A stretch of 64,000 nt of DNA, taken from the NCBI GenBank assembly GCA_963719315.1, contig CAVRBU010000004.1, positions 576,001-640,000 of the forward strand. The letters run 5' to 3'. The position numbers and the translations under genes were made by a program. Source of the stretch: an uncultured Planctomycetota bacterium (GTDB lineage Bacteria > Planctomycetota > Planctomycetia > Pirellulales > Lacipirellulaceae). Below, in pieces: positions 30,034 through 40,841 of the stretch. The notes beneath the pieces were generated by a model. That model was not told the origin of the DNA, did not search any database, and was given only the letters and a program-made list of their open reading frames with translations. Within the stretch, counting starts at the first letter, position 1; every line of letters starts with the position of its first letter.

Positions 30034-31518
30034 TTACGACGAACCCTCTGGCAACTCAACCGTAAACGTGCTCCCCTGCCCCGGCGTGCTCTCGACGGCG
30101 ACGCGGCCGCCGAAGGCTTGGGCCAGGTGTTTGACGATCGAGAGGCCGAGGCCGGTGCCGCCGAGTTCGCGGGAGCGGGCTTTGTCGACGCGGTAGAAGC
30201 GTTCGAAGACGCGTTGTTGATCTTGCGGTTTGATGCCGATCCCAGTGTCGGTGACAGACAGGAGGATGCAGGATGCGGGATGCCGGATACGGGGAGCGGC
30301 ATCTTCGTTCCTCGCCGCTCGCTCCTCGCCCCTCGCCGCTCGCTCCTCGCGGCGCCAGGCGACGGTGACGGTCCCACCTTCAGGTGTGTATTTGATCGCG
30401 TTGTCCACGAGGTTGTCGAGGATTTCGCGGAGGCCTTCGCGGTCGGCGCGGACGCGGCAGAGTGTGTCGGGAGATGGGTCGTTTGCTTGCGCCGTGATCG
30501 TGATCCGTTTAACTTCGGCGGCTGGGCGTTGGTTTTCAAGGCAGGCGCGGACGACTTCGGCGACGTCGAGCGACGTGATTTCGAACGCCTGGTGGTCGGA
30601 CTCGATGCGGGCCAACATCAGCATGTCGAGGATCAGGTGGTGGAGACGGTCGGCTTGTTCCTCGATGCGCCCTAAGAACTTTTGATTGGTTTCGGGATCG
30701 ATGTCCAAACTGCTGCGGAGCGTTTCGGTGTAGGCCTTGATCGAGCTAAGCGGTGTTTTGAGCTCATGCGAGACGTTGGCCACGAAGTCGCGGCGGATCG
30801 ATTCGAGTCGGCGAAGCTCGGTCGTGTCGTGAATCACGAGCACCACGCCGGGGCACGGCGCGCCGGGCAGCGGCTGGACGTGGATATCGACGCACAGTTT
30901 TTGGGTGCTGGTATTTTCGGTTTCGAGACGCTCCGGTTCGCCGGTCGAAAGGCTGGTCGTCACGGCGGCGTGAAGCGCATGATTGCGAACAACTTCAAGC
31001 AGCGCTCGGCCTTCGATTTCGGCGGGGCGGAAGCCGTACAGCCGGCCGGCGGCTTCATTGGCCAGCACGATGCGTTGCCGCGCGTCCACCGCAATCACGC
31101 CTTCGATCATGCCGCCCAGCGCGGTCGATTGGCGGGCCGCGGTTTGGCTGAGCTGGGCCATGCGGATGCCGAGCGCCTGGCTCATGCGGTTGAGTGTGCC
31201 GGCGAGCGCGCCGAGCTCATCCCGATTCGGCACGTAGACGCGGTGCTGGTAGTCCCCGGCGGCAATGGCGTCGGCGGCCGCGTTGAGCGAGGTGACTGGG
31301 CGTATGATCAGACCGATCAGCCAATACGATATACCGAAGACGCCGACCGACTCGATGGCGACGAGGCTCCAAATCCACCGTCGGGCGGCGACAGGGTCGA
31401 TAACTTGATCCTGCAGCCAACTGGAAAGAACCAAGCCAACCGCGCTGGCCGCGAGGAAATTCAAACCGGCGCAGTTGAGCACCAGCTTCCAGAAGAATCG
31501 CGACGTGGGCATGAGCAT
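30034..31518 (-). CDS. phoR: PhoR-like sensor histidine kinase (HAMP-PAS-HisKA-HATPase)
   Basis: LRRLESIRRDFVANVSHELKTPL, NLVDNAIKYT, FERFYRVDKARSRELGGTGLGLSIVKH. Confidence 0.88.
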   Translation of the reverse strand: MLMPTSRFFWKLVLNCAGLNFLAASAVGLVLSSWLQDQVIDPVAARRWIWSLVAIESVGVFGISYWLIGLIIRPVTSLNAAADAIAAGDYQHRVYVPNRDELGALAGTLNRMSQALGIRMAQLSQTAARQSTALGGMIEGVIAVDARQRIVLANEAAGRLYGFRPAEIEGRALLEVVRNHALHAAVTTSLSTGEPERLETENTSTQKLCVDIHVQPLPGAPCPGVVLVIHDTTELRRLESIRRDFVANVSHELKTPLSSIKAYTETLRSSLDIDPETNQKFLGRIEEQADRLHHLILDMLMLARIESDHQAFEITSLDVAEVVRACLENQRPAAEVKRITITAQANDPSPDTLCRVRADREGLREILDNLVDNAIKYTPEGGTVTVAWRREERAARGEERAARNEDAAPRIRHPASCILLSVTDTGIGIKPQDQQRVFERFYRVDKARSRELGGTGLGLSIVKHLAQAFGGRVAVESTPGQGSTFTVELPEGSS

Positions 31519-31519
31519 A

Positions 31520-31575
31520 GTGTAGCCTGCTCGCTCCGCGAGCAGAAACCCGCTCGCAGAGCGAACGGGCTACAC
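31520..31575. repeat. GTAG-type REP doublet
   Basis: GTGTAGCCTGCTCGCTCCGCGAGCAG...CCGCTCGCAGAGCGAACGGGCTACAC. Confidence 0.7.
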
Positions 31576-33927
31576 TTATTGCGGCTCTTCTGTCGGGGGC
31601 AGGCGCTGGGGCGTGGCGGGCGTGGTCGGTTGTTGGCTAGAAGTTTCGAGTAGAGAACCTGGGCGTAGCGCGATCTGCGGAGTCGGCTCGCCCGAGTGGT
31701 CGGTGAATCCGGCGCCGATCACAGGGTACAGCTGTTGCGGACTGCTTTCCGTGGCGGCCGCTTGAACGGCTTCGGGTTGAACGAGTTTCGGCATCGCGCC
31801 GGAACGAGGGCCAGTGTTGCCCGGCGGCGCACGAGCGGGGGGCGATGTCGGCAGCGGCAGCACGTCGCTCGGCGGCGGCAACGTATCGGGTTCCGGCGAC
31901 GGAACACTATTTGGTTCACTTGGCTCACTTGGTTCACTTAGCACAGGCGAACCGACTTGCTGATCGAATGGGCCGGCGCTCACGACGGGCGACCGCGACG
32001 ACGCATAGTTCATCGGCACTGGAAGGCTGCGCGAGGCTTCGCGTTTGGCGGCATCCTCGTAGGCTTCGCATGGCCAGGGGCCTTCGGCCAGGAACACACC
32101 GTCGTATTCCAAGAGTGTGCCTTTCACGAAATGGACGTTCTTAGTGGCCAGCGAGTAGCGGGAGCGATTGAGATGGTAGTCGGTCTCCGCATCGGCGACG
32201 CGGCGTTGGGCGTCGAGGAACAGGTCGAGCGGGACTTTGTCGTTTTCGTAGGCGGCTTGCACAGCGCCGAGCTGGTCGCGATTGGCCGCGAGGCGATTGT
32301 AGCTGGTTTGGAGCACGGCGTAGGCGCGATCCATTTCCGAGATGGCGTCGGCGGCTTCGTGGACGATTTCGCGTTGCTGGTCGCGGAGGATGGCCCGCTC
32401 GCGAGCGAGGAGCAACTCGGCGTTGCGCTCGGCCACGTGGGCCTCACGGAAGCCAATCGGCATGTTGAGTTCGAAGCCGAGCTGCCATTCCTGGAAATTG
32501 CCGGAGGTCAGATTCTCGTAAGCGTTATCAAACTGCTGATTCGGCGGCGCCGGCGGCGGCGCTTCGGGGAACAGGGAGTCGCCGAAACCGCGCCAGCGGT
32601 AGCGGCCGACGGCATCGAGCCGCGGCAGCAAGTTGTTCTTGCTGGCAATCAACTCGAGCTCGCGGCGACGAATCTGCCACTTCTGGCGGCGGAGCTCGGC
32701 GCGGCGCGTGGTGGCTTCGCAGGTGACCTGGCTCCAATCGAAATCGACCTTCGCGGCGATGGGCTCGTCCTTCGGACGAATGAGTTTGCCGCCGCTGGGC
32801 GGAAGGTTCATCAAAAGTCGCAGCCGGCGCTCGGCCAGCAACACGCCGCCGGTCGTGCGGAAAGCGCCGCTGGGCAGGCCGTTCCAATTACGCGATTCTT
32901 CGTAAGGTTCGCCGCTGAGGGCGTTTTGCACGTCTTGTTGGAAGGCAAAATACTGCGAGCGGGCCTGGGCTTCCTTTTCCGCTTCGCCGCCGCGGCGGTT
33001 GACTTCGTACAGGGCGTAGATCTTACGCCACGTATCGAGGGCCGCGTCGCGGGCTTTGACGCGCGCGTCGAGCACGCGGTAGCCGTAGTACAAATCCCAG
33101 TAGGCGTTCTCGACGTTGCTCACGAGGTCGCGGACGGATATTTCGAAATCGGTGAGGGCCACATCGGAGTTGAGGCGGGCGAGGAGCACACCGGTGTACA
33201 CGCCGGGCACATTCTGCGGGCCCGCGATGCGATTGAATTCCACGCCGGCGCCTTGCAACAACGGCTGGCGAATCTCGGCCTCGACATTCGTGTTCCACGC
33301 GCTGGGGAAGAGATTGCCGGGCGCGTTGTTGGCGTCGTAATCGACATTGTGTCGAACCGTGAACTGGGTACCAGTGACGGATTTTTTGGTGATCGCGGCC
33401 TGGAACACACCCGCGTCCTGGAACAGGATGCGGGTACCGCCGCCGAAAAATTCGTTGTTGAGCGCGCGATGGTTCTTTTCCCAAAACACGCTAGTCAAGA
33501 ATTGGGCGTCGAATTCGCTGAGCGCGGCTTCGATGCCGGTCCGCGGATCGGTTTCGACCGAGGCCGGGTCGAGCGTGGTGCGCGTGGTTGCGGGTGCGCG
33601 GACGACCGCGCCGCCGAGGTCACGCAGGACTTTCGAGTTTTCGAGCGTGAGGTGAATCGCTTCTTCGAGCGTCATGTCCCAGTATTCGGGAGTGCCCTCG
33701 GTTTGAATTGTCCACGGATGGGGCGATGCCAGCGACTCGTCGGCAATCGCTTGCGTGCAGCTCGACTCGGTCGGGTACTCGATCTCGGACGCGACCTTCT
33801 CATACGTGCCCGGCGGCACATTCGCATGGAACGGGCGCCGGTCCTTCATCAGGAAGCAGCCACCGCTGGGCAACACCATGGTGCTGGACAGGAGCAGAAT
33901 CAGAAGTTGACGAAGCCGATCTTGCAT
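31576..33927 (-). CDS. Large TolC-family outer-membrane lipoprotein
   Basis: Lipobox-like SGGC; IRQPLLQGAG, VENAYWDL, LLPRLD, FLDAQRR; Pro-rich tail. Confidence 0.85.
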   Translation of the reverse strand: MQDRLRQLLILLLSSTMVLPSGGCFLMKDRRPFHANVPPGTYEKVASEIEYPTESSCTQAIADESLASPHPWTIQTEGTPEYWDMTLEEAIHLTLENSKVLRDLGGAVVRAPATTRTTLDPASVETDPRTGIEAALSEFDAQFLTSVFWEKNHRALNNEFFGGGTRILFQDAGVFQAAITKKSVTGTQFTVRHNVDYDANNAPGNLFPSAWNTNVEAEIRQPLLQGAGVEFNRIAGPQNVPGVYTGVLLARLNSDVALTDFEISVRDLVSNVENAYWDLYYGYRVLDARVKARDAALDTWRKIYALYEVNRRGGEAEKEAQARSQYFAFQQDVQNALSGEPYEESRNWNGLPSGAFRTTGGVLLAERRLRLLMNLPPSGGKLIRPKDEPIAAKVDFDWSQVTCEATTRRAELRRQKWQIRRRELELIASKNNLLPRLDAVGRYRWRGFGDSLFPEAPPPAPPNQQFDNAYENLTSGNFQEWQLGFELNMPIGFREAHVAERNAELLLARERAILRDQQREIVHEAADAISEMDRAYAVLQTSYNRLAANRDQLGAVQAAYENDKVPLDLFLDAQRRVADAETDYHLNRSRYSLATKNVHFVKGTLLEYDGVFLAEGPWPCEAYEDAAKREASRSLPVPMNYASSRSPVVSAGPFDQQVGSPVLSEPSEPSEPNSVPSPEPDTLPPPSDVLPLPTSPPARAPPGNTGPRSGAMPKLVQPEAVQAAATESSPQQLYPVIGAGFTDHSGEPTPQIALRPGSLLETSSQQPTTPATPQRLPPTEEPQ

Positions 33928-34248
33928 GCCGCGCGAGTGTCCAGCGAGTATTCAACGGTGAGGCTTGCCGGCGCACGGTGCGCCGGCAGTATCCCCCGGA
34001 ATCGCTACTGATTAATCGGCAGGCAGAGTCGGCCTCATCAGTATTTTCGTTACTATCGCCGCACGCTTTGTAAATTGCCCACGCTGCGTGACGCTGTGAC
34101 GATTATTCGGGTGGTGCGGCGCTACGCAGGACGGCAGCTTATGCCAGCGGAACACGGATTGAATAGCGGGACGATGTTCTCAATGAAAGCAGTGACATCA
34201 CGGGCCAAAGACGCTGCGAAGTTAGCCAATCTGGCTATACTGAGAGAT

Positions 34249-36361
34249 ATGGCCGCTCCTCTTTCGACGGGCGGTGCGCCGCTGGAGTCGCAAACCTGGG
34301 AAGAGTTGGAAGACGTCTTCGCCGCTCTGGGCCAGTTGGCTCGCTCCACCGTCGCGCCGCACGAATTCTATCGCACGGTTCTCGACCAGAGCGTGCGCGC
34401 GCTGTCCGCCGCGGGCGGAGTCGTGTGGTTTGCGCGGGCGGCGGGGCGATGCAGCCGATCGTACAGCTGGGGAGGGCCGGCGCCGAAGCAGCTCGAAAAG
34501 ATGATGCGCGGCGAGCACACGAAGCGCTGCTGCTCGAAGCGGTAACGGAAGGCCGCGTGTTCAGCATTGCGCCGCACACGGTGGATGAGGAACATCCCGA
34601 CGCAGCGAATCTAACCGATCACTTGTTGGTACTGGGACCGGTTAACGTTCTTACCGATGACGAAGCCGCGGGCGCAGAAGAGAATTCCAATCGTGGGGCG
34701 ACGATCGCCATTATCGAGCTGTGGATGCAGCGCGATGCAAGCCCGGCGACTTACCGCGGCTGCGAGCAGTTTCTGACAGCCGTTTGTGAGTTAGCGACCG
34801 ATTACCATGCGTTTCACGAATTGCGACGGCTGCGGCAAGAGGAGCATCATCACGCCTTGTTGCTGGAGCTTGGCCGGCTGGTTCACGGTCCATTGAATTT
34901 GTCGGCGACGGCGTACGCTGTGGCGAATGAAGGGCGGCGGGTTGTCGATTGCGATCGATTCAGCGTGTTGGTCGTGCGCGGGCGGAGTTGCCGCTTGTTG
35001 GCCGCGAGCGGCGTGAGTCGCGTGGAGCGGCGGAGTGGCGCGGCGCGGCAATTGGTAAAGGTGGCCGAACTGGTTCGGCGGACGGACGAGCCGGCATATT
35101 ACTCGGACGGCGAATGCGATGCGCTGCCGCCGGTAGCTGAGGCGATCGCGCGACACGTTGAGGAATCGCATGCCCGGCACGTTGCGGCGATTCCGCTGCG
35201 ACTGCCCGCGGAAGCGAATGCGGATGATGCCGCGTTGACGAAAGATCGGCGTCGAAGTTCGCAATCCTCGCGGCCGCAGTTTGTGTTGATTGCCGAGCAA
35301 TTCGACTCGCGCGAAGGCGAATTGAGACGCGACTGGCTCGTGGAAGTGGCTGAGGTTTCGACGACGGCGTTGTACAACGCGCTGGCGGTCGATCGGATGC
35401 CGCTGGGTTGGCTGATGCGGCCGCTGGGACGCGCGGAAGAGGCCGTGGCGGCGCATGTGACGCGCACGGCCGTCGCTGTGGCGGCGATTGCCGGCGCGAT
35501 CGCGGCGCTGGTACTGGTGCCGGCGGATTTCAAAGTCGACGCACCGGGAACGATGCAACCGACCGTGCGGCGGGATGTGTTCGCGCCGCGGAACGGGGTG
35601 GTGGACGAGGTGCTAGTGAAGCATGGGGCCGACGTGAAGGCGGGAGAACCGCTGGTGCGGATGCGCGATCCATCGCTCGAGTTGGAACTCAAACGCGTGG
35701 ATGGCGAGCTAGAAACGGCCCAGCGGCAGCTCGATGCCGTGCGGGCTACGAAGACGAATCGAGCGATTCGCGACACAAGCCCCGTGGAGTCGTATCGGCT
35801 ATCGGCCGAAGAGCGCGAGCTGGAACAGAAGGTGTCGAATTCGCGGCGCGAATTGGAGTTGCTCAAGCATGAGCGCGAGCAGTTGGTCGTCACGAGTCCA
35901 ATCGCGGGGCGAGTGTTGACGTGGGACGTTGGTCACCAGTTGCTCGCGCGGCCGGTAGAGCGCGGCGAAGCGCTCGTGACGGTGGCCGATTTGTCGTCGC
36001 CATGGCAGTTGGAATTGGCGGTGCCGGACGATCGGATTGGATACGTGTTGGCTGCCCAAAAGAAAACGCAACCGGATTTGGCGGTGCGGTTTCGGCTGGG
36101 ATCCGAAGATCGCGCTTCACACATGGGCAAGATTGCCGAAGTCTGCCAGACGGCCGATCTGCCTACGGAAAAAACAACGCGGCCGACACCAACGATCCTT
36201 ACAAAGGTGTCGTTCGATTCGATTGAGCTGGTGGCTTCGCTGGGTGGCGAACTGCGACCGGGCGTTTCGGCGCGGCGCAAATCGAGTGCGGACGGCGACC
36301 GATCGGTTACGTTTGGCTGCACGATATTTGGGACAAGGCTTGGGAGTGGTGGAAGTTTTGA
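34249..36361 (+). CDS. GAF-domain + HlyD-type adaptor fusion, frameshifts near 34435 and 36276
   Basis: VANEGRRVVDCDRFSVL; TM; VFAPRNGVVDEVLVKHG, SPIAGRV, LRPGVS; corrected end CGRRPIGYVWLHD..WWKF*. Confidence 0.8.
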
Positions 36362-36512
36362 GTAGGCCAAGAGCTGAGTGTCGAGAGTCAAGAGCCAGAA
36401 ATGGGAACACCGCGGATTGCACCGATACCACGGGTGGAAATGCAAACGAAGAGTCTTTGAATTTCTCCGGGCTATCCGGATATCCGTGGTCACAAATGTT
36501 GTGGCAAGGTTT

Positions 36513-37424
36513 ATGAGCAACCGTAACATTCATGTTTGCGTACTGGGCGCGGCCGTATATGCCGTTTCCGCGATAGCCCACGCGACGGAAAACTCGCTGC
36601 CGCCAAACAAAACGGTGGCGGCAGCGGCGATCGATGTTGAGTCCGTGGTGCTGCGGCTGTTCGAGGAGGCGGAGGTGCCGGCTCAGGAATCGGGGCTCGT
36701 CATGGGCGTCGCCGTGCGCGAGGGGCAGCGGGTGAAGCAAGGTGAGTTGCTTGCGCAGATCGACGATCAGGTGCCGCGGCTGGCGGCGGATGCGGCCAGG
36801 GCGAAATACGATATCACGCACGAGAAGGCGACGAACGACGTAAAGATTCGCTACGCTCAAAAGGCGCTCGAAGTCTCCGAGGCGGAGTTGCGGCGTTCGA
36901 CGGAGTCGATCGAGAAATATGCCAAGAGCGTGTCGCAGTCGCAGCTCGATGTGGAGCGGCTCACGGTACAGAAGAATCGACTGGAGTCCGAGCAGGCGGA
37001 ACACGAACAGGCGATCGCCGTGTTGGAAATGAAAGAGCAGGAGAACGAGTTGAATGCGGCGAAAGCGCAGATCGCGCGGCGGCGGATCGTCGCGCCGTTC
37101 GATGGGGCGATCGTGCAGGTCTATCTACGAAAGGGCGAATGGGCGGAGCCGGGGCAGAAGGCGCTGCGGATCGTAAACACCGATCGGCTGAAGGCCGAGG
37201 GTTTCATTCGGGCGGATGATGCAGCGGCCGTGGCGGCCGGCAAAGCAGTCGCGCTCGTCATCGAGATAGGAGGGAAGCCGCAAGCCTTTGCCGGAAAGGT
37301 TGCATTTGTCAGCCCAGAGGTCGATCCGATCACGGGACAGGTTCGCATTTGGGCGGAGATCGAAAATAAGGAAGGCCGATTGCGCCCGGGGCAGGCTGCG
37401 AAGATGAGGGTGGGTGGTCCATAG
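36513..37424 (+). CDS. HlyD/MFP periplasmic adaptor
   Basis: VPAQESG..V.EGQRVKQGELLAQID, IVAPFDG, GEWAEPG, SPEVDP, LRPG. Confidence 0.88.
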   Translation: MSNRNIHVCVLGAAVYAVSAIAHATENSLPPNKTVAAAAIDVESVVLRLFEEAEVPAQESGLVMGVAVREGQRVKQGELLAQIDDQVPRLAADAARAKYDITHEKATNDVKIRYAQKALEVSEAELRRSTESIEKYAKSVSQSQLDVERLTVQKNRLESEQAEHEQAIAVLEMKEQENELNAAKAQIARRRIVAPFDGAIVQVYLRKGEWAEPGQKALRIVNTDRLKAEGFIRADDAAAVAAGKAVALVIEIGGKPQAFAGKVAFVSPEVDPITGQVRIWAEIENKEGRLRPGQAAKMRVGGP

Positions 37425-37496
37425 TCCGTCGTCCGTTGCAGCAAGTGACATTGCATATTGCAACGGACGATGACGGTGAACAGGCCAAGTAAACGT

Positions 37497-39714
37497 ATGA
37501 AAACTCCACTCTCATCTATCGATCGGCCGACCGCATTGCGGGTGAGGGCGGATTTGTTGGCGACGCCAGTCGAGAGCGCGGGGGCGATGACTTGGATCGT
37601 GAAGGATCCACTGACGTTAGAGCATTTTCAGTTTTCGGCGGAGGAATACGCACTTCTCGATTGGCTGCGAGAGCCGGTGAAGATCGCGGAGTTGCAGCGG
37701 TTGTTCCAACGCAAGTTTTCGCCGCAGACGATCACGCCGCAAACGATTTGGGACTTTTTGAGCCGGCTGCACGGGACCGGTCTGCTGGTGAGCGACTCGG
37801 TCGGCCAAGGACGAGAACTGCTAGCGCGTCGTGAGCGGGAAAGCGTGCGGCGGCTGGCGTTGTCCTGGACCGGGCTGCTCGGCATTCGATTTCGTGGAGT
37901 GGATCCGGATGCGTTTCTTACGGCGGTGCACGATCGTTGCCGGTGGCTGTTTTCGCCCGCGACGTTGCTATTCGCGATGGCGGTCGTGCTGTGGGCGCTG
38001 TCGCTCGTCGTCGGCCACTTCGGCGAATTTCGCTATCGGCTGCCGGAGATATCGGCGCTGCTGGATTGGCGGAATTTGCCCTGGTTGCTCGTGGCGATCG
38101 GCACGGCGAAAGTGCTGCACGAGTTGGGTCACGCGCTGGTGTGCAAACACTATGGCGGCGAAGTGCACGAGATGGGCTTCATGCTGTTGGTGTTCGCGCC
38201 GTGTTTGTATTGCGATGTGAGCGATGCCTGGCGGCTGCCCAGCAAGTGGCGGCGGATCGGGGTTTCGTCGGCGGGCGTGTTGGTGGAGTTTGTGCTGGCG
38301 TCGCTGGCCACGATCGTGTGGTGGCACGCTCAGCCGGGCGTCGTGCAACTTGTGGCGCTCAATATCATGATCATCTGCACACTCAATACGCTGCTCATCA
38401 ACGGCAACCCCTTGATGCGATACGACGGCTACTACATTTTTTCCGACCTGGTCGAAGTGCCGAACTTGTGGCAGCGATCGCGAGAGGCGTTTCGGTATTT
38501 TTGGTCGGAGTGGCTCTTAGGACAGCCAACGTCGGATGACCCTCTGCTCCCAGCGCGGCAACGGCCGTGGTTGGCGGCCTACGCCACGTTTTCAAAAGTT
38601 TATATGTCGATCGTGTGCGTGATGATTGTGTGGGGATTGGCTAAGACGCTCTCGCCTTACCACTTGGAGAACTTGGCTTACATGGTCGGCCTGACAGTAT
38701 TCAGCGGTGCGCTGGTGGGTCCGGTGACGAACGCGGTTGAGTTCGCGCGGAATCCGATCCGCCGGGCGGAATTGCGGAAAGATCGCCTGGCAATGGTGGC
38801 GGCGGTGTGCTTGGCGGTACTCGTCGGGGTGCTTGTGATGCCGGTCGATTACAACGTTTCTGCGCCGCTGGTATTGATGCCCGAGGACGCGGCGCGGGTG
38901 TATGCGACGGTGGAGGGAACGCTCCAAGAGATGCTGCCGGCAGGCAGCAAGGTTGCGCGCGGCGACACGATCGGAAAGCTAGACAACTCTGAAGCGGAGC
39001 TGGAGCTCGCCCGGTTGGAGGGCGAGTGCCGGCTGCGGCAGTTGAGAGTCGAGCACTTGGAACGGTTGCGGGGCGTCGATCGTGAGGCCAATGACCAACT
39101 ACCCACGGCCCGCACGGCACTCGCCGATAGCCAGCGGCGATTGGACGAACGGCAGAGTGAAGCGAAACGGTTGACGCTTACAGCACCTGTCGATGGTGTG
39201 GTACTTCCAGCGCCGCGGCTTCCAGCAACGCATGCGTCAGACGGTCGCTTGGCGAAATGGACCGGTTCGCTACTGGAGCCGACGACACGCGGGGCGCACG
39301 TCGAGGCCGGCACGCTCACTTGTTTGGTGGGCGATCCGAAGCGGCTGGCTGCGGTGCTGCTTGTGGATGATGCGGATGTAAAGTTCTTGCAGCCAGGGCA
39401 GCATGCCCGGCTACGCATCGACGAAATACCGGGCCGCATCCTTACGGGCGAAGTCGTCGAAGTCGCGCGGCATGAGACGGAAGCAAGTGACCAATCCAGG
39501 GCGGCCCGAGCTGATCTCGCGCCGTTGCTGGCCGGGCTCGTAGCGCCTGGCCATGAGGGCGCTCGATTACGAAGTACGCGTGAAGTTCGATGACGTGGAT
39601 GCGCCAGCGCTGGTGATCGGCGGGCGCGGTGAGGCGAAAGTGGCGGCGGAGCGGGTTACGCTGGGGCGGCGGATTTTGCGATCCATTGCGCAGACATTTA
39701 GGCTGCCGATATGA
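37497..39714 (+). CDS. PqqD-like N-domain + M50 (site-2 protease-like) membrane domain + HlyD-type adaptor, frameshift near 39566
   Basis: WIVKDPL...FLSRLHGTGLL; HELGH; NGNPLMRYDGYY; lipoyl halves with coiled coil; corrected end YEVRVKF...QTFRLPI*. Confidence 0.82.
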
Positions 39715-39765
39715 GGCGGTACTGATCGTCGAAGCGACCAGTCGGTTGGAATCGCCAACGTGCGG

Positions 39766-40635
39766 TTAGGGAATCGCGAAGATCAGGCCGGTATAGATGC
39801 CGCCGGCGGAGGCGGCGGCGACGGGGTCGCAGGGGGGCCAGTGCCAGCGCCATGGATTGCCGCATGTGCCTGGGCGATAGTGGCCGAGTGTGTACACGCA
39901 TTCGCCAGGACAATTGGCGGCGATGCAGTACGGCAAGCAGGGGACGGTGCCGAAGAAGTGGGCCGCGGACGCGGCGGATTGCAGGCAATTGCCGGGGCAG
40001 CAGCAACACCAGCAATCATTGCAGATGTAGCCGTAGCGTTCGGCGTTGATCTCCTCGAAATATAACGGCTGGTAGCAGAGACAGGTCGCTTCCCAGTTGT
40101 AACAGAGCACGGGCCAGCAGCGGCAGGCGCCATTGGGACCCGAGTTGATTTGATTCCAACACGGCGTGGCGAAATCCGTCGGTGCCTGGCCAGCGGGTTG
40201 GGCGATGCTGATGCCGAGTTCGCACAGTGGCTTGAATTGAGCAGCGGCGCAAGGGTCTTTCGTCGCGGCGGCCGTGGAAGTGGGCGTGTTGGCAGGCGCA
40301 TCGATCGCGGGTTGCTCCGGATTAACAATGATCGGCGCTTGGAAGTTTGCCGGCTTGGCCTCCTGCCGGGTGCGTTGTGGCACATAGGCGGCGGCGTCTA
40401 CGGGGGAGTCGCTGAGCACGGTTTCAAAGGGGTCCGTTTCGGTTTCGGTTTCGATGGGGCCGAAGGGATCGGATACTTGTGCTTCTGACATCTCTTCGGG
40501 CTGGACCTCGGTTGGCTCGGCGAGCGCGGTCCCGCACGGAACAATCAGCGCGACCAGTATGGCCAGTACAACGGCCTGGGCTGTGACCGGGAGGATGGAC
40601 CGACGAAACGGCCGGCGATTGGTGTAAGCACGCAT
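39766..40635 (-). CDS. Secreted cysteine-rich protein of a planctomycete-type family
   Basis: Signal peptide, acidic linker, CYQPLYFEEINAERYG, CNDCWCCCCPGNC, CVYTLGHYRPG. Confidence 0.7.
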   Translation of the reverse strand: MRAYTNRRPFRRSILPVTAQAVVLAILVALIVPCGTALAEPTEVQPEEMSEAQVSDPFGPIETETETDPFETVLSDSPVDAAAYVPQRTRQEAKPANFQAPIIVNPEQPAIDAPANTPTSTAAATKDPCAAAQFKPLCELGISIAQPAGQAPTDFATPCWNQINSGPNGACRCWPVLCYNWEATCLCYQPLYFEEINAERYGYICNDCWCCCCPGNCLQSAASAAHFFGTVPCLPYCIAANCPGECVYTLGHYRPGTCGNPWRWHWPPCDPVAAASAGGIYTGLIFAIP

Positions 40636-40841
40636 ATGAAGGCACCGCTATCGGAGGAGACGAACGAAGAGGATCCCGCGCTCCCTGTTTTCGGCAGTTT
40701 GCCGCCTGGGGGTTGAGCTTTGTGTGGGAATTTGGACGGGGCGGAAGCAGGCTGGCTAGCATCCCGGACGGGGGGCGGGGACGCGGCAGCTCGACAGACG
40801 GGGTGGCGAGAATCGTCGCAAGTTTCCGCGCCGCCACGAGA

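Noticed and set aside
31957..34011. Long alternative ORFs (also 4620-6182, 43717-45489, 20849-22246 and others)
   Set aside because: Antisense shadows of well-supported genes, expected in GC-rich DNA, with no motifs
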